Below are positions 1 to 9,748 of a DNA stretch of 64,000 nucleotides, in pieces. The stretch is from positions 1 through 64,000 of the forward strand of contig JAAOZP010000017.1 in NCBI GenBank assembly GCA_011605725.1, in the 5' to 3' direction. The notes beneath the pieces are model-generated. The model was not told where the DNA came from. It saw only the letters and a program-made list of their open reading frames with translations, and searched no databases. Position numbers and translations under genes: made by a program. Origin of the DNA: Nitrososphaerota archaeon. Lineage in GTDB: Archaea; Thermoproteota; EX4484-205; JAAOZP01. Numbering within the stretch: the stretch's first letter is position 1; every line of letters starts with the position of its first letter.

Positions 1-19
1 AGATGTGTATAAGAGACAG
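1..19 (+). other. Nextera/Tn5 mosaic-end adapter contamination
   Basis: Exact AGATGTGTATAAGAGACAG at the window start; it creates the spurious MYKRQ N-terminus of the first ORF. Confidence 0.97.
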
Positions 20-1015
20 CTCACTGGGAAGATGAAGTACATATGGGTTGGCGAAACCGCTCCCGTTAAGCAGGAGAGGGAGAGAATCAAGTTTGACATG
101 GCTATGAGCCTAGAGGATAATCTGGATAAGATAAGGCAACTTGTGAGGAGAGGCCTAGAATCTGAAGACGGGTTTGAAAGACAGGTTGCGACAGCAATCT
201 TCCTCATAGACCTGTTGAAGCTCAGGGTTGGCGATGAGAAGGATAAGGATGAGCTTGACACTAAAGGGGTTACAACCCTGACTAAGAAAAACGTTAAGAT
301 ACTTAGTGATGATACTGTCGAGTTCAATTTCCTAGGGAAGGCGGCTGTAAGGTTCCACCGTACAGTTAAGCTTCCCCCTGTTGTAGTTAGGAACCTTAAG
401 GAACTGATTGAAAAGACCCCTGGAAAAAGGCTTTTCCCAAAGCTTAGGTCAGAGCATGTTAACGAGTTTCTCTCAAAAGTCATGCCCGGCTTAACATCGA
501 AAATCTTCAGGACATACTATGCTTCGAAAGCAGTGTTTCAAAAACTCTACGAGTTTAAAACGCGCCCGGAGGATCCTGAGTATAAGAAGCTTTTCATAGC
601 TAAGCTGGCAAACCTTGAGGCGGCGAAGACTTTAAACCATAGGAGGACCCTGCCTAAGAACTGGGCTCAACGCCTTGAGAAACAGGTTGAAAGAGTTAGG
701 AAAGTCCTTGGTGAAATAGAGGAGCTTAAGAGGATTCTTAAGGAGAAGCCTACTAAAGCCCGTAGGAGGAGGCTGAAAAGGCTGAGGGAAAGGCTTCAAA
801 AAGAGAGGATTAGGCTTGAACTTATGAGGAGAACGAGAGACTACAATCTGAACACTAGCCTAAACAGCTACATAGATCCGAGAATATACTTGGAGTGGAG
901 TAGGAAAACCTCCTTCGACTGGAGCAAAATATACTCTAAGTCTCTGCAGAAGAAAATATCTTGGGCTCTCCAGACGCTTGAGCAGGAAACACCACCAGTT
1001 CAAGAGGAAACTTAA
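20..1015 (+). CDS. DNA topoisomerase IB, catalytic core/linker/C-terminal part (5'-truncated)
   Basis: Catalytic residues in order: LKLRVG (R), FLGK (K), KIFRTY (R), LNH (H), a long basic coiled-coil linker, then SYIDPR (Tyr). Confidence 0.93.
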   Translation, partial: LTGKMKYIWVGETAPVKQERERIKFDMAMSLEDNLDKIRQLVRRGLESEDGFERQVATAIFLIDLLKLRVGDEKDKDELDTKGVTTLTKKNVKILSDDTVEFNFLGKAAVRFHRTVKLPPVVVRNLKELIEKTPGKRLFPKLRSEHVNEFLSKVMPGLTSKIFRTYYASKAVFQKLYEFKTRPEDPEYKKLFIAKLANLEAAKTLNHRRTLPKNWAQRLEKQVERVRKVLGEIEELKRILKEKPTKARRRRLKRLRERLQKERIRLELMRRTRDYNLNTSLNSYIDPRIYLEWSRKTSFDWSKIYSKSLQKKISWALQTLEQETPPVQEET

Positions 1016-1132
1016 AATTCTGGAAGTGGAGGACACTGGTGCAGGCAGGAGCTTGAGCCTCGAACACGCGTCCAAGCATTAGGCTGAACACCCTTACCCA
1101 ACGCGGGGGAACACGGTGTTTCGACGTTTTAC

Positions 1133-2083
1133 TCAGGGGACTATAACCCCCTTTATATAGTCTAACGGTTTCTTCGACGCGTATTCGAAAGCCCTCTGAA
1201 TATCGTTGAGACTCCACTTGTGAGTAATAAGCTTCTCAAGATTAAAAACTCCTCTCGAAAGCATTCTTACAGCCATTTTAAAGTTCTCAATCATGTCTTC
1301 CGCTCTCGCTGGGCTCGTCATTATTACTTCCAATCCTTTCGAATCCCACTCCCTCAGGTCTACTGAAACCGGGTTAGGATGATAGCTGAATATTGCCAGC
1401 CTACCTTTCTGTCTCACTAGTCTGGTTGCCAACCCAACTCCGGCTGGGTTTCCAGTAGCCTCGATCACCGTGTCAAACCCTTTACCCTCTGTAATAGCAA
1501 GGGTTTCCTCGACAACATCCCTCTCCTTCGGATTCAAAGCAATGTTCACCCCATAGTTTTCAGCGAGCCTAAGCCTCTCATTATTCACGTCGACACCGAC
1601 TAAGTTTTCTAAACCCAGCCGGCTTAACGCTTGAACGAGAAGCAGCCCCATAAAGCCTGTGCCGACAACCGCAACATTGTCGCCGAGCCTCGGGTTGACG
1701 AGCCGCACAGCGTTAACTACGCAGGCAAGCGGCTCCCCTATCGCATATTCAAAAGGAGTATCCTTCGGTATTTTTTCCACCTGGCTCTCATCCACTAAGA
1801 CGAAGTCTGAGAAACCAGGGCCTCCTAACGCGGTGACACGGTCTCCCTTTGAAAACCGGGTTACTTTAGCACCGACTTCAACAACCTCCCCAGCGGGCTC
1901 GTGGCCTAGCGGGGAGGGTGGTTTAAACCAAACCGGGTATCCTGAGAAACCGTAAAGGTCTCCGGTGCATATGCCGCAGGCCTTAACTTTCACCAGCACA
2001 TCCTTCTCACCCAAGCGGGGGATTTCCTCCTCAACCAGCTCTATTCTCCCTTTTTCAACAAGGATTGCAACCCTTCTCCTCAT
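1133..2083 (-). CDS. Zn-dependent (MDR) sugar/polyol dehydrogenase lacking the structural-Zn lobe
   Basis: CGICTGD, GHE, EP, Rossmann GTGFMG; the 4-Cys lobe is absent. Confidence 0.88.
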   Translation of the reverse strand: MRRRVAILVEKGRIELVEEEIPRLGEKDVLVKVKACGICTGDLYGFSGYPVWFKPPSPLGHEPAGEVVEVGAKVTRFSKGDRVTALGGPGFSDFVLVDESQVEKIPKDTPFEYAIGEPLACVVNAVRLVNPRLGDNVAVVGTGFMGLLLVQALSRLGLENLVGVDVNNERLRLAENYGVNIALNPKERDVVEETLAITEGKGFDTVIEATGNPAGVGLATRLVRQKGRLAIFSYHPNPVSVDLREWDSKGLEVIMTSPARAEDMIENFKMAVRMLSRGVFNLEKLITHKWSLNDIQRAFEYASKKPLDYIKGVIVP

Positions 2084-2164
2084 GGTATGCAGGCTTTTTA
2101 AAAAAATAAAAGCTTTTTAACGCTTACTGGCTTGCGCTTCCCGCGTCACTCAAGCTCAATTGGC

Positions 2165-3187
2165 TCAAGGTTTTATCAGAACCTTTATCGCCCGCTTCCT
2201 CCGACTAGCTAGGCCGTTGAAAACCTCAACTATCTCGTCAAGCCCGTGAATATGCGTTATTAATGGTTTAAGCCTCAGCCTCCCTGAGGACGCGATGTTA
2301 ACAGCCCTTTGAAAAGTGTATGGGCTACGGTAGGAGGCGAATATGGATATTTCCTTATCGTATATTTCGAACGGTTTAACATGCCATACATCGTTCTCCG
2401 GGGCAACGCCGAAGATTAGCAGCCTGCCTCCCCTCCTGGTTAATCTAAACGCTTCTTCCACGGCCGAGGAGCTTCCGACGCACTCTATTGAAACATCAGC
2501 CCCCACTCCTTCAGTAGCCTCAAGAACAGCCTTCTCAGGATCCTCTTTCCCAATATTCACAACACGGGTTGCTCCAAGCTCCTCCGCAAGCCTAAGCCTC
2601 TCCTCGACCAAGTCTAAAGCAATGATGCTCGCCGCACCATAGTGTTTAACCATTTGAATCATGAGCAGGCCAATCGGCCCGGCTCCAACAATCGCAACAT
2701 TGCTCGCAACCGGGATCTTAACGTTGTCAAGCCCCCTGATTACGCATGCTAAGGGCTCGATTAAGGCAGCTTCCTCAAGCGTCATCCCGCTGGGAACCCT
2801 GTACACGTTTCTCTCAGGAGCCTTAACGTACTCGGCGAAGGCGCCGTCAACCGTAACACCTATCGCCTGAATGTTTTCGCAGAAAAAGTTTCTCTCGCTC
2901 ATCCGGCAGTATTTGCATTTCCCGCAAAGGATGTTTGGCTCCGCGACAACACGGTCCCCAGTTCTAACAGTGTTTACTCTAGAGCCTGTTTGAATCACAG
3001 TGCCTGAAAACTCGTGTCCCAGGACTATGGGAGGGTTAACCTTCCACTCTCCCTTGTAGAAATGCAGGTCGGTGCCGCATACTCCGCAGGCGCCAACCTT
3101 TATCAAAACCTCGTCTTCAGATATTTTTGGAACATCCTTCTCGATTAGCCTTAAGTCTCCTTCTCCGAATAGGCATGCAGCCTTCAT
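2165..3187 (-). CDS. Zn-dependent (MDR) polyol/sugar alcohol dehydrogenase
   Basis: Likely start MKAACLFG (3187); CGVCGTD, GHEF, CGKCKYC...C lobe, GAGPIG. Confidence 0.9.
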   Translation of the reverse strand: MKAACLFGEGDLRLIEKDVPKISEDEVLIKVGACGVCGTDLHFYKGEWKVNPPIVLGHEFSGTVIQTGSRVNTVRTGDRVVAEPNILCGKCKYCRMSERNFFCENIQAIGVTVDGAFAEYVKAPERNVYRVPSGMTLEEAALIEPLACVIRGLDNVKIPVASNVAIVGAGPIGLLMIQMVKHYGAASIIALDLVEERLRLAEELGATRVVNIGKEDPEKAVLEATEGVGADVSIECVGSSSAVEEAFRLTRRGGRLLIFGVAPENDVWHVKPFEIYDKEISIFASYRSPYTFQRAVNIASSGRLRLKPLITHIHGLDEIVEVFNGLASRRKRAIKVLIKP

Positions 3188-3297
3188 GGCGGATTCTACG
3201 CAACCACAGCATATAAGGGTTATGGGTTTCAAAGTGTTTTCGGAGCTTTTTCCCGCAGCTTTACCCCCATTTTTTGGAAGCATCTGGAAAAGTTGAC

Positions 3298-3338
3298 TGT
3301 CGGAAACTGGTTTTCGACAAACCAATAAACTTTTATAA
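3298..3338 (+). promoter_or_regulatory. Imperfect palindromic operator plus BRE/TATA of the GH1 gene (divergent promoter region)
   Basis: TGTCGGAAAC-TG-GTTTTCGACA (9/10 inverted match) directly upstream of AAAC-TTTTATAA, about 25 nt before ATG 3363. Confidence 0.5.
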
Positions 3339-3362
3339 TTGAAAAGCATTAGGATCTTCAAG

Positions 3363-4852
3363 ATGAACAGGTTCCCGAAAAGATTCATGTGGGGAATATC
3401 CATGGCTGCCTTCCAATACGAAATGGGTGGTTCTAAAGAGTCTGTTGACCCGAATAGCGATTGGTATGTTTGGCTACACGACGAGAAAAACATAGAGTCC
3501 AAGATTGTAAGCGGAGACCTGCCTGAGAACGGACCTGGCTACTGGGACCTCTACGAGATCGACCACGGCTGGGCTGAGTGGATGGGTCTCAACACTTGGC
3601 GCATGAACCCTGAGTGGAGCAGAATTTTCCCCAGGTCTACTCGCGAAGTAAAGGTTTCAGTGGATTCAGACGGCGAAGGAGTTAAGGAAGTGGAAATCAC
3701 TGAGCAAAGCCTTAGAAAGCTGGATGGTCTCGCCAACAAGCAGGCTGTTAAACACTATGGGAAGATTTTCCGAGACTTGAAGGAGAGAGGGATGAAACTA
3801 ATACTAAACCTTTATCATTGGCCGCTCCCAACATGGATCCATAACCCGATAGTGGTGAGGAATACTGGTCTTAAAGAAGGGCCGAGAGGATGGTTTGACG
3901 AAGAAACTGTTGTAGAGTTTGCGAAGTTCGCAGCCTACATAGCCTGGAAGTTCCACGACACTGTAGACATGTGGAGCACGTTGAACGAGCCGAATGTCAC
4001 GTGGAGCATAGGATACTTAGGCGGCAATTTTCCACCAGGCTTGATGGATGTGAAAGCTGTTGAAAGAGTTTCTTTCAACCTTGTTCAGGCGCATGCTAGA
4101 GCATACGACCAGATAAAAAGGATTGTTGGGAGAAGGGCGAGGGTTGGGGTAATCTACGCCACGAGCCCTGCTGAGCCCCTTACAGACTCGGATGAAGACA
4201 GGAAGGCTGCTGAAGCATGCGACGAGTATTCGACGAAATGGTTTTTCAGAGCCGTGGTCAACGGAGTTTTAAAAAGAGGCTCAGCGATGGGGGAAGAGGT
4301 TAAAAGGAGGGATTTGGGGAACAGGGTTGACTGGATAGGAGTCAACTATTATACGAGGAATGTTGTTAAGCATACTGATAATCCTCCTTACTTTAAGGCT
4401 GAGAGTAATTACGGTTTCGCCTGCCAGCCGGGCTCCATGTCTGCAGCTGGAAGACCTACTACGGAAACAGGTTGGGAAATATATCCTGAAGGAATAAGGA
4501 AGGCTTTGAACATCTACAGGGAGTATGAGAAGCCGCTCATAGTGGCGGAGAACGGTGTTGCAGACTCTAGAGACAGACACCGGACATGGTTCCTCGTCTC
4601 CCATCTACACAACCTTTTGAAAACCATTAGGGAGGACGGTTTAAACGTATCGGCTACTTGCACTGGAGCCTGATAGACAACTTGGAGTGGGCTTCAGGCT
4701 TCAGCAAGAGATTCGGCCTCATATACGTCGATATGAATACTAAGAGGAGACATCCTAGGCCGAGCGCCTATGTTTACCGCGACATCGTCGTGAGCAACGC
4801 GATACCCGAGTACCTGTCTGAATACGCTCAATACCCTAACATTCTGGTTTAA
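3363..4852 (+). pseudogene. GH1 beta-glycosidase (archaeal LacS/BgaS type) split by a -1 frame change near 4640-4650
   Basis: WGISMAAFQYEMG, TLNEP (acid/base), VNYY and ENG (nucleophile) lie in frame 0; [17 protein letters not shown] continues in the -1 frame. Could be a true lesion, an assembly error or a programmed frameshift. Confidence 0.85.
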
Positions 4853-5426
4853 CAGGGTTCCCAGCCTTCTTAAAACCCCTTAGCGAAACCATTATCAGCC
4901 ACGCTGAGGCTGCTAGCGAGGCAATGGTCTCCTGTATTGCGACGCCCCGCCAGGGCCACTTAACCATCCAGACGATTATTGAGGCTGAGCCGAGTAGGAA
5001 GGCGGCTGCACCCGTCTTTGGCGAGCCCAAGTACCTGGAGCAGAAGCCGTAGGCAAGCATCACAAGTATTATCGAGACGAAGAATATTTCCGACACTAAC
5101 CCGTGTATTCTGCCAGCGTCCTCCGGGAAGAAGCCGATGAGCGCAAGGTCGAAGCCGGCTATCGTAAGCAGGATGGACCAGCAGAGATACTTCCATGAGC
5201 AGTGCTTCACCGATATTAACATGCCGAAAAACGCTGCGAGAAAACCTGAGGAAACAAGGCCGAGATTGTAAAGGTTGGCGACCCAGCCGTTTCGAGCGAT
5301 ATTTCCCAGGTCGCTTAAAGCATTGTTATACGGGTTGAACCAGGGTGAAAGCATTATTGAAGCAGCTATGAAAGGATATGCTGCTAAAGCGCTTAAAAAC
5401 CCTAGGAACCTATAGGCCTTCGTCAT
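4836..5426 (-). CDS. DUF998-family membrane protein
   Basis: Likely start MTKAYRF; PWF..NALSDLG motif, IGFFPED...H, about 6 TM helices. Confidence 0.8.
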   Translation of the reverse strand: MTKAYRFLGFLSALAAYPFIAASIMLSPWFNPYNNALSDLGNIARNGWVANLYNLGLVSSGFLAAFFGMLISVKHCSWKYLCWSILLTIAGFDLALIGFFPEDAGRIHGLVSEIFFVSIILVMLAYGFCSRYLGSPKTGAAAFLLGSASIIVWMVKWPWRGVAIQETIASLAASAWLIMVSLRGFKKAGNPVKPEC

Positions 5427-5637
5427 CTTCCCGCCACAGTATTCACACTTGGACATGTTTTTTAAAGAAACCTGGTGGTAAAAATATCTTTTCATCATTT
5501 TAGCGCACGCCATATTGCTGTGCTTATTCACCGAGGCAGCGTTATCACCTCTCCCGCTAAGCACTTGCAGCTTCGCCAACAACCGATTCACAGAATGTCA
5601 TAATCCATAAATATATCCTGCAATACTTGATTTTTCT

Positions 5638-6675
5638 ATGAGTAGGTTGAGGATTGGACTTATAGGGGCTGGAAGCATAGGGAGGATACACGCGTCCAGT
5701 GTAAAGTCTATTGAGGATGCTGAGCTTTCAGCAATAGTTGACGTAAGGCTTGAAAGAGCCAAGGCGCTGGCTGAGGAGCATGGTGTTAACAAGGTTTACA
5801 AGGATTATGTGGAGATGCTTGACAGGGAGCAGCCGGATGCTGTAATCATCGCTACGCCCAACTATCTGCATGCGAAGATGACTATAGACGCGCTGGCTAG
5901 GGGCGTGCATGTCTTCTGCGAGAAACCAATGGCTATGAATGCTGAAGAGGCGGAGAAAATGCTCAGGGCGAGGAACAAGTCTGGAAGAATATTGATGCTC
6001 GGCATGTGTCAGAGATTCAGGAATGATTCTAAGGCGATTAGAAACCTGGTTCTAAAGGGTGAGCTTGGCGATGTTTACTTCACGAAGATAACGCTGCTTA
6101 GGAGGGCCGGCATACCTGGAATGGGCAGCTGGTTCACCACTAAGGCTTTTTCAGGAGGAGGGCCCCTGATAGACCTTGGGCCACACGTGCTGGATCTTGC
6201 TCTCTGGTTGCAGGGTTTCCCTAAGCCTGTTTCAGCTAAAGGATATACTTTCTCAAAGCTCGGGACGCAGAACAAGTGTCTTGGAGGATGGGGAATACCT
6301 GAGCCCGGAGGCCCCTTCGACGTGGAGGATCTTGCAGTCGCCCTCATAAGGCTGGAAGGAGGCGGAGTCATGTATCTTGAGACAAGCTGGGCTCTTTACA
6401 CTAAAGAAGATACTTTCAACATAATACTGTCGGGAGACAAGGCTGGAGCCTCGCTTATGCCACCATGCAAGTTTACTGAGACTGACGGCAAATGGGTTGA
6501 GACCAGGATAGAGTGTCAAGAGGTAAACGTGTACTTGGAGGAGATGAAGCATTTCGTAGAATGTGTAAAGAAAAATACGAGTCCCGACCCATTGCCTGAG
6601 CACGGCGTCATGGTTATGAGGCTCATAGACGCGATCTATAGGTCAGCCAACACCGGTAACGAGGAAAAAGTTTAG
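5638..6675 (+). CDS. Gfo/Idh/MocA NAD(P)-dependent oxidoreductase (YcjS-like)
   Basis: GAGSIG, CEKPM, RRAGIPGMGSWFT, GGGPLIDLGPH. Confidence 0.92.
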   Translation: MSRLRIGLIGAGSIGRIHASSVKSIEDAELSAIVDVRLERAKALAEEHGVNKVYKDYVEMLDREQPDAVIIATPNYLHAKMTIDALARGVHVFCEKPMAMNAEEAEKMLRARNKSGRILMLGMCQRFRNDSKAIRNLVLKGELGDVYFTKITLLRRAGIPGMGSWFTTKAFSGGGPLIDLGPHVLDLALWLQGFPKPVSAKGYTFSKLGTQNKCLGGWGIPEPGGPFDVEDLAVALIRLEGGGVMYLETSWALYTKEDTFNIILSGDKAGASLMPPCKFTETDGKWVETRIECQEVNVYLEEMKHFVECVKKNTSPDPLPEHGVMVMRLIDAIYRSANTGNEEKV

Positions 6676-7715
6676 TGGGCGAGGAACTGTTTAAAATGAG
6701 TGGTGGAGAGACTGGTGTCTGCCTGGTTGGATGCGGCTTCATAGGGTTAACGCATGCTGAGAGATGGAGACGGATCCCAGGGGTTAGGCTTGTCGCTTGC
6801 GTCGACCTTGAGAAGGAACGGGCCGAGTTTTTCCGGGAGAAATACGGTTTTCAAGAGAGCGGGAACGATTTAGACCGTTTCATAAGCCTAGATAAGGTAG
6901 ATATTGTAGACGTGTGCACCCCGACTTACACGCATAAGGATATTGTGCTCAAATGTCTAGAGCACGGTAAGCACGTGATTGTTGAGAAACCGATTTCGCT
7001 GAAACTATCCGACGCGAAGGAGATGATTCAAAAAGCTGAGAGAAGCGGGCTTAAGCTTATGGTTGCGCACGTGCTCAGGTTTTGGGGGGAATACGTTTTA
7101 GCCAAGAGGCTGATAACGGATGGTGCAATAGGCGAGCCTTCAGTGGCGAGAGCCTACAGGCAGTCGCCCTTTCCAAGCTGGGCTTGGGAAAACTGGCATG
7201 ACTATTTGAACAAGGGAGGCGGGGTTTTCGTAGACATGAGCATACATGATGTTGACTTCCTTAGATGGTGTTTAGGCGAGGTTGAAGAGGTTTACGCTCA
7301 GGGGGGAACATACGTCAGGAGGAACGCTTCCTCGCATGACTATACTCACGCCCTGTTGAAATTCAGGAACGGGGCAATAGCGTATGTTGAGGGCAGCTGG
7401 ATAATGCCTGAAGACTATCCGTTCACGACTTTCCTTGAGGTTGCTGGAGCAAGAGGAATACTGCAGGTTGACAACCAGTCTACCGCATCGGTCTCGCTGC
7501 ACTCGAGCGGAAAGGTTGAAAGGTTCACTCCCTTTGAGAGGGACGGCTACTACCTTGAGCTTCAAGCCTTCTTGGACTCTGTGATAAGAGACACTCCTCC
7601 ACCAGTGAGCGGAGAAGAGGGTTTAAGAAGTCTTGAAGTCGTGCTCGCCGCTTTAAAATCCGTCTTAACCAGGGAGCCTGTGAAACTACCTCTGGAGGCT
7701 GATGTGATTGGGTAA
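6675..7715 (+). CDS. Gfo/Idh/MocA oxidoreductase
   Basis: GCGFIG, VEKPI, HVLRFW, GGVFVDMSIHD. Confidence 0.92.
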   Translation: MGEELFKMSGGETGVCLVGCGFIGLTHAERWRRIPGVRLVACVDLEKERAEFFREKYGFQESGNDLDRFISLDKVDIVDVCTPTYTHKDIVLKCLEHGKHVIVEKPISLKLSDAKEMIQKAERSGLKLMVAHVLRFWGEYVLAKRLITDGAIGEPSVARAYRQSPFPSWAWENWHDYLNKGGGVFVDMSIHDVDFLRWCLGEVEEVYAQGGTYVRRNASSHDYTHALLKFRNGAIAYVEGSWIMPEDYPFTTFLEVAGARGILQVDNQSTASVSLHSSGKVERFTPFERDGYYLELQAFLDSVIRDTPPPVSGEEGLRSLEVVLAALKSVLTREPVKLPLEADVIG

Positions 7716-8709
7716 AATCAGGTTCGCCATATTATCTTTCGCGCACATCCATGCTTGGAGCTATGCTAGAGTTTTAAGAGAGATTCCGGAAACAGAGCTG
7801 GTAGCGATATACGACGATTCCCCTGAAAGACTTAGAAGGGCGGGCGAAACCTACGGTGTTAAAAAGCTTTACAACGACGTTGAGAAACTTTTTCAAGCGA
7901 ACGAGGTTGATGCTGTAATAATAGCTTCTGAAAACTCGAAGCATCATGCGCTCGCGCTGGCCGCGGCTGAGGCTGGGAAACACATGATTGTTGAGAAACC
8001 GATTGCGACAAGCCTGCGAGACGCTGACGAAATGGTGTTGAAAGCGGAGAAGAAGAGAGTTAAGCTTCAAGTAGCTTTCGTAATGAGGTATCACGATTCA
8101 GCTGTAAAAGCTAGAGAGATTATTCTTTCAGGAGCCATAGGTAGGGTGATAGCGATAACCGCGACAAACCACGGGAAGTACCCAGGCCTATGGTTTGGAG
8201 ACCCCGTGTTAGCAGGTGGAGGAGCCATAATGGATCACACTGTACACGTTGCGGACTTGACGAGATGGTATACTGGAGACGAGTTTTCAAGAGTCTTCTG
8301 CCGTGTTGGGAGAAACATTAGGAGGGAGCTTAAGGTGGAGGATAATGCTCTCCTAATGTGCGAAACCAGAGGCGGGGTTAAGGTGAGCATAGACTGCAGC
8401 TGGTCTAGGCCCGACACATACCCTGTCTGGGGAGATGTTTACACCGGAGTGTTTGGAGAGAAGGGCTACCTGGTTCTTGACGCTTTCAAGTCAAACGTTT
8501 CACTCGTAGAATCAGGCTCACCTATGACCTACCAGTATTACGGTCCAGATGCTGACAGAAACATGATTCTTGACTTCTTGAACGTGATCAAGACAGACGG
8601 TAAGCCGCGTGCCTCTGGACACGACGGGAAGCAGGCTTTAGAAGTAGCGCTAGCAGCATACGAGTCGTCTAGAAGCGGTAAACCAGTCTCCCTGCCGATT
8701 AAAGAATAG
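7708..8709 (+). CDS. Gfo/Idh/MocA oxidoreductase (SFAHxHA subtype)
   Basis: SFAHIHAWSY N-terminus, VEKPIA, GGGAIMDHTVH; overlaps the preceding gene. Confidence 0.9.
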   Translation: MGKIRFAILSFAHIHAWSYARVLREIPETELVAIYDDSPERLRRAGETYGVKKLYNDVEKLFQANEVDAVIIASENSKHHALALAAAEAGKHMIVEKPIATSLRDADEMVLKAEKKRVKLQVAFVMRYHDSAVKAREIILSGAIGRVIAITATNHGKYPGLWFGDPVLAGGGAIMDHTVHVADLTRWYTGDEFSRVFCRVGRNIRRELKVEDNALLMCETRGGVKVSIDCSWSRPDTYPVWGDVYTGVFGEKGYLVLDAFKSNVSLVESGSPMTYQYYGPDADRNMILDFLNVIKTDGKPRASGHDGKQALEVALAAYESSRSGKPVSLPIKE

Positions 8710-8750
8710 GAAGGCGACAGCGTCCTACACCCGCTTATGCTTGCGAGAGA

Positions 8751-9629
8751 ATGTTTAAAAAAGCCGGAGAAGGTTTTCGACACAGATTGATAGATGCCCA
8801 CACCCATATCGGCAGAGTTAAATCCTGGAGTAGAAGACTGATAGGAACTGTTGAAGCAGGTTTACGAGACCTGTTGGAATACGTTGAAAGCGAGAAGCTG
8901 GAGAAAGTAGTTCTGCTGCCGGTTGCGAAAAGCTATCTTGATATTGGAGAAGACATTGTTAAAACCGACGGCGTGCTTAAAGCCTACTTCCTCCACCCGG
9001 ATAAGATAATCCCGTTCTGCGCCTTTAATCCGGAGGATGAGGGTTTAAGAGAGAAAATAAGGGAGGCGGTTGGGAATGGATGCAGAGGGTTTGGCGAGCA
9101 TAAGGTTGAAACCAGGATTGACAACGAGCATAATATCAGCCTTTTCAGAATCTGCGGGGAACACGGGCTCCCGGTGCTGATACATATCGACAACAGGTTT
9201 AATCCTGATTTTGAAGGCTTTAAAAAAGTGGTTTCAAGAGTTGAGGAAACTGTTTTCATAGTTCACGGCCCGGGATGGTGGGCTCAAATAAGCAGCGGTA
9301 AGACTGAGGAAACGTATCCGAAAGGGAAGATAAGCGAGCCGGGTGAAGCAGTTAGAATCCTTAAAGAATATAGGAATGTTTACGCCGACATCTCTGCCTT
9401 CTCAGGGTTGAACGCGATCTCGAGAGACAGGGATTTCGGAAGAAGGTTCCTAATCGAGATGAGCAGTAAACTGATTTATGGAACGGATTTCCCGTGTATA
9501 AACCCTGAAGGTTTACAATTCGGCCCAGACAGATCACACATATCCATGCTGGAAAGCTATAATCTTGATGAGGACGCGTTGGAGAAAATAACTCGCGGAA
9601 ACATCCTTAAGATATTGAAGCCGGATTAA
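8751..9629 (+). CDS. Amidohydrolase_2 family metal-dependent TIM-barrel hydrolase
   Basis: IDAHTH, GFGEHK, LIH, HG, ADIS, YGTDFP. Confidence 0.88.
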   Translation: MFKKAGEGFRHRLIDAHTHIGRVKSWSRRLIGTVEAGLRDLLEYVESEKLEKVVLLPVAKSYLDIGEDIVKTDGVLKAYFLHPDKIIPFCAFNPEDEGLREKIREAVGNGCRGFGEHKVETRIDNEHNISLFRICGEHGLPVLIHIDNRFNPDFEGFKKVVSRVEETVFIVHGPGWWAQISSGKTEETYPKGKISEPGEAVRILKEYRNVYADISAFSGLNAISRDRDFGRRFLIEMSSKLIYGTDFPCINPEGLQFGPDRSHISMLESYNLDEDALEKITRGNILKILKPD

Positions 9630-9748
9630 ATCACTTCTGAAAACAGGCTTGAAAAAGCCTGCTGAGAACATTAGCTGGAGAAGCTGTTGAAAAAGTTTTA
9701 TTTAAGCATTCACGCGTATCGTCGGCAAGGGTGTGCAGCCTGTTGAAC

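Noticed and set aside
3188-3502. N-terminal extension of the 445-aa dehydrogenase ORF
   Set aside because: Crosses the divergent promoter and overlaps the GH1 gene; homology begins at MKAACLF
5427-5591. CxxC-containing N-terminal extension of the DUF998 ORF
   Set aside because: Runs over the promoter region; the domain starts at MTKAYRF
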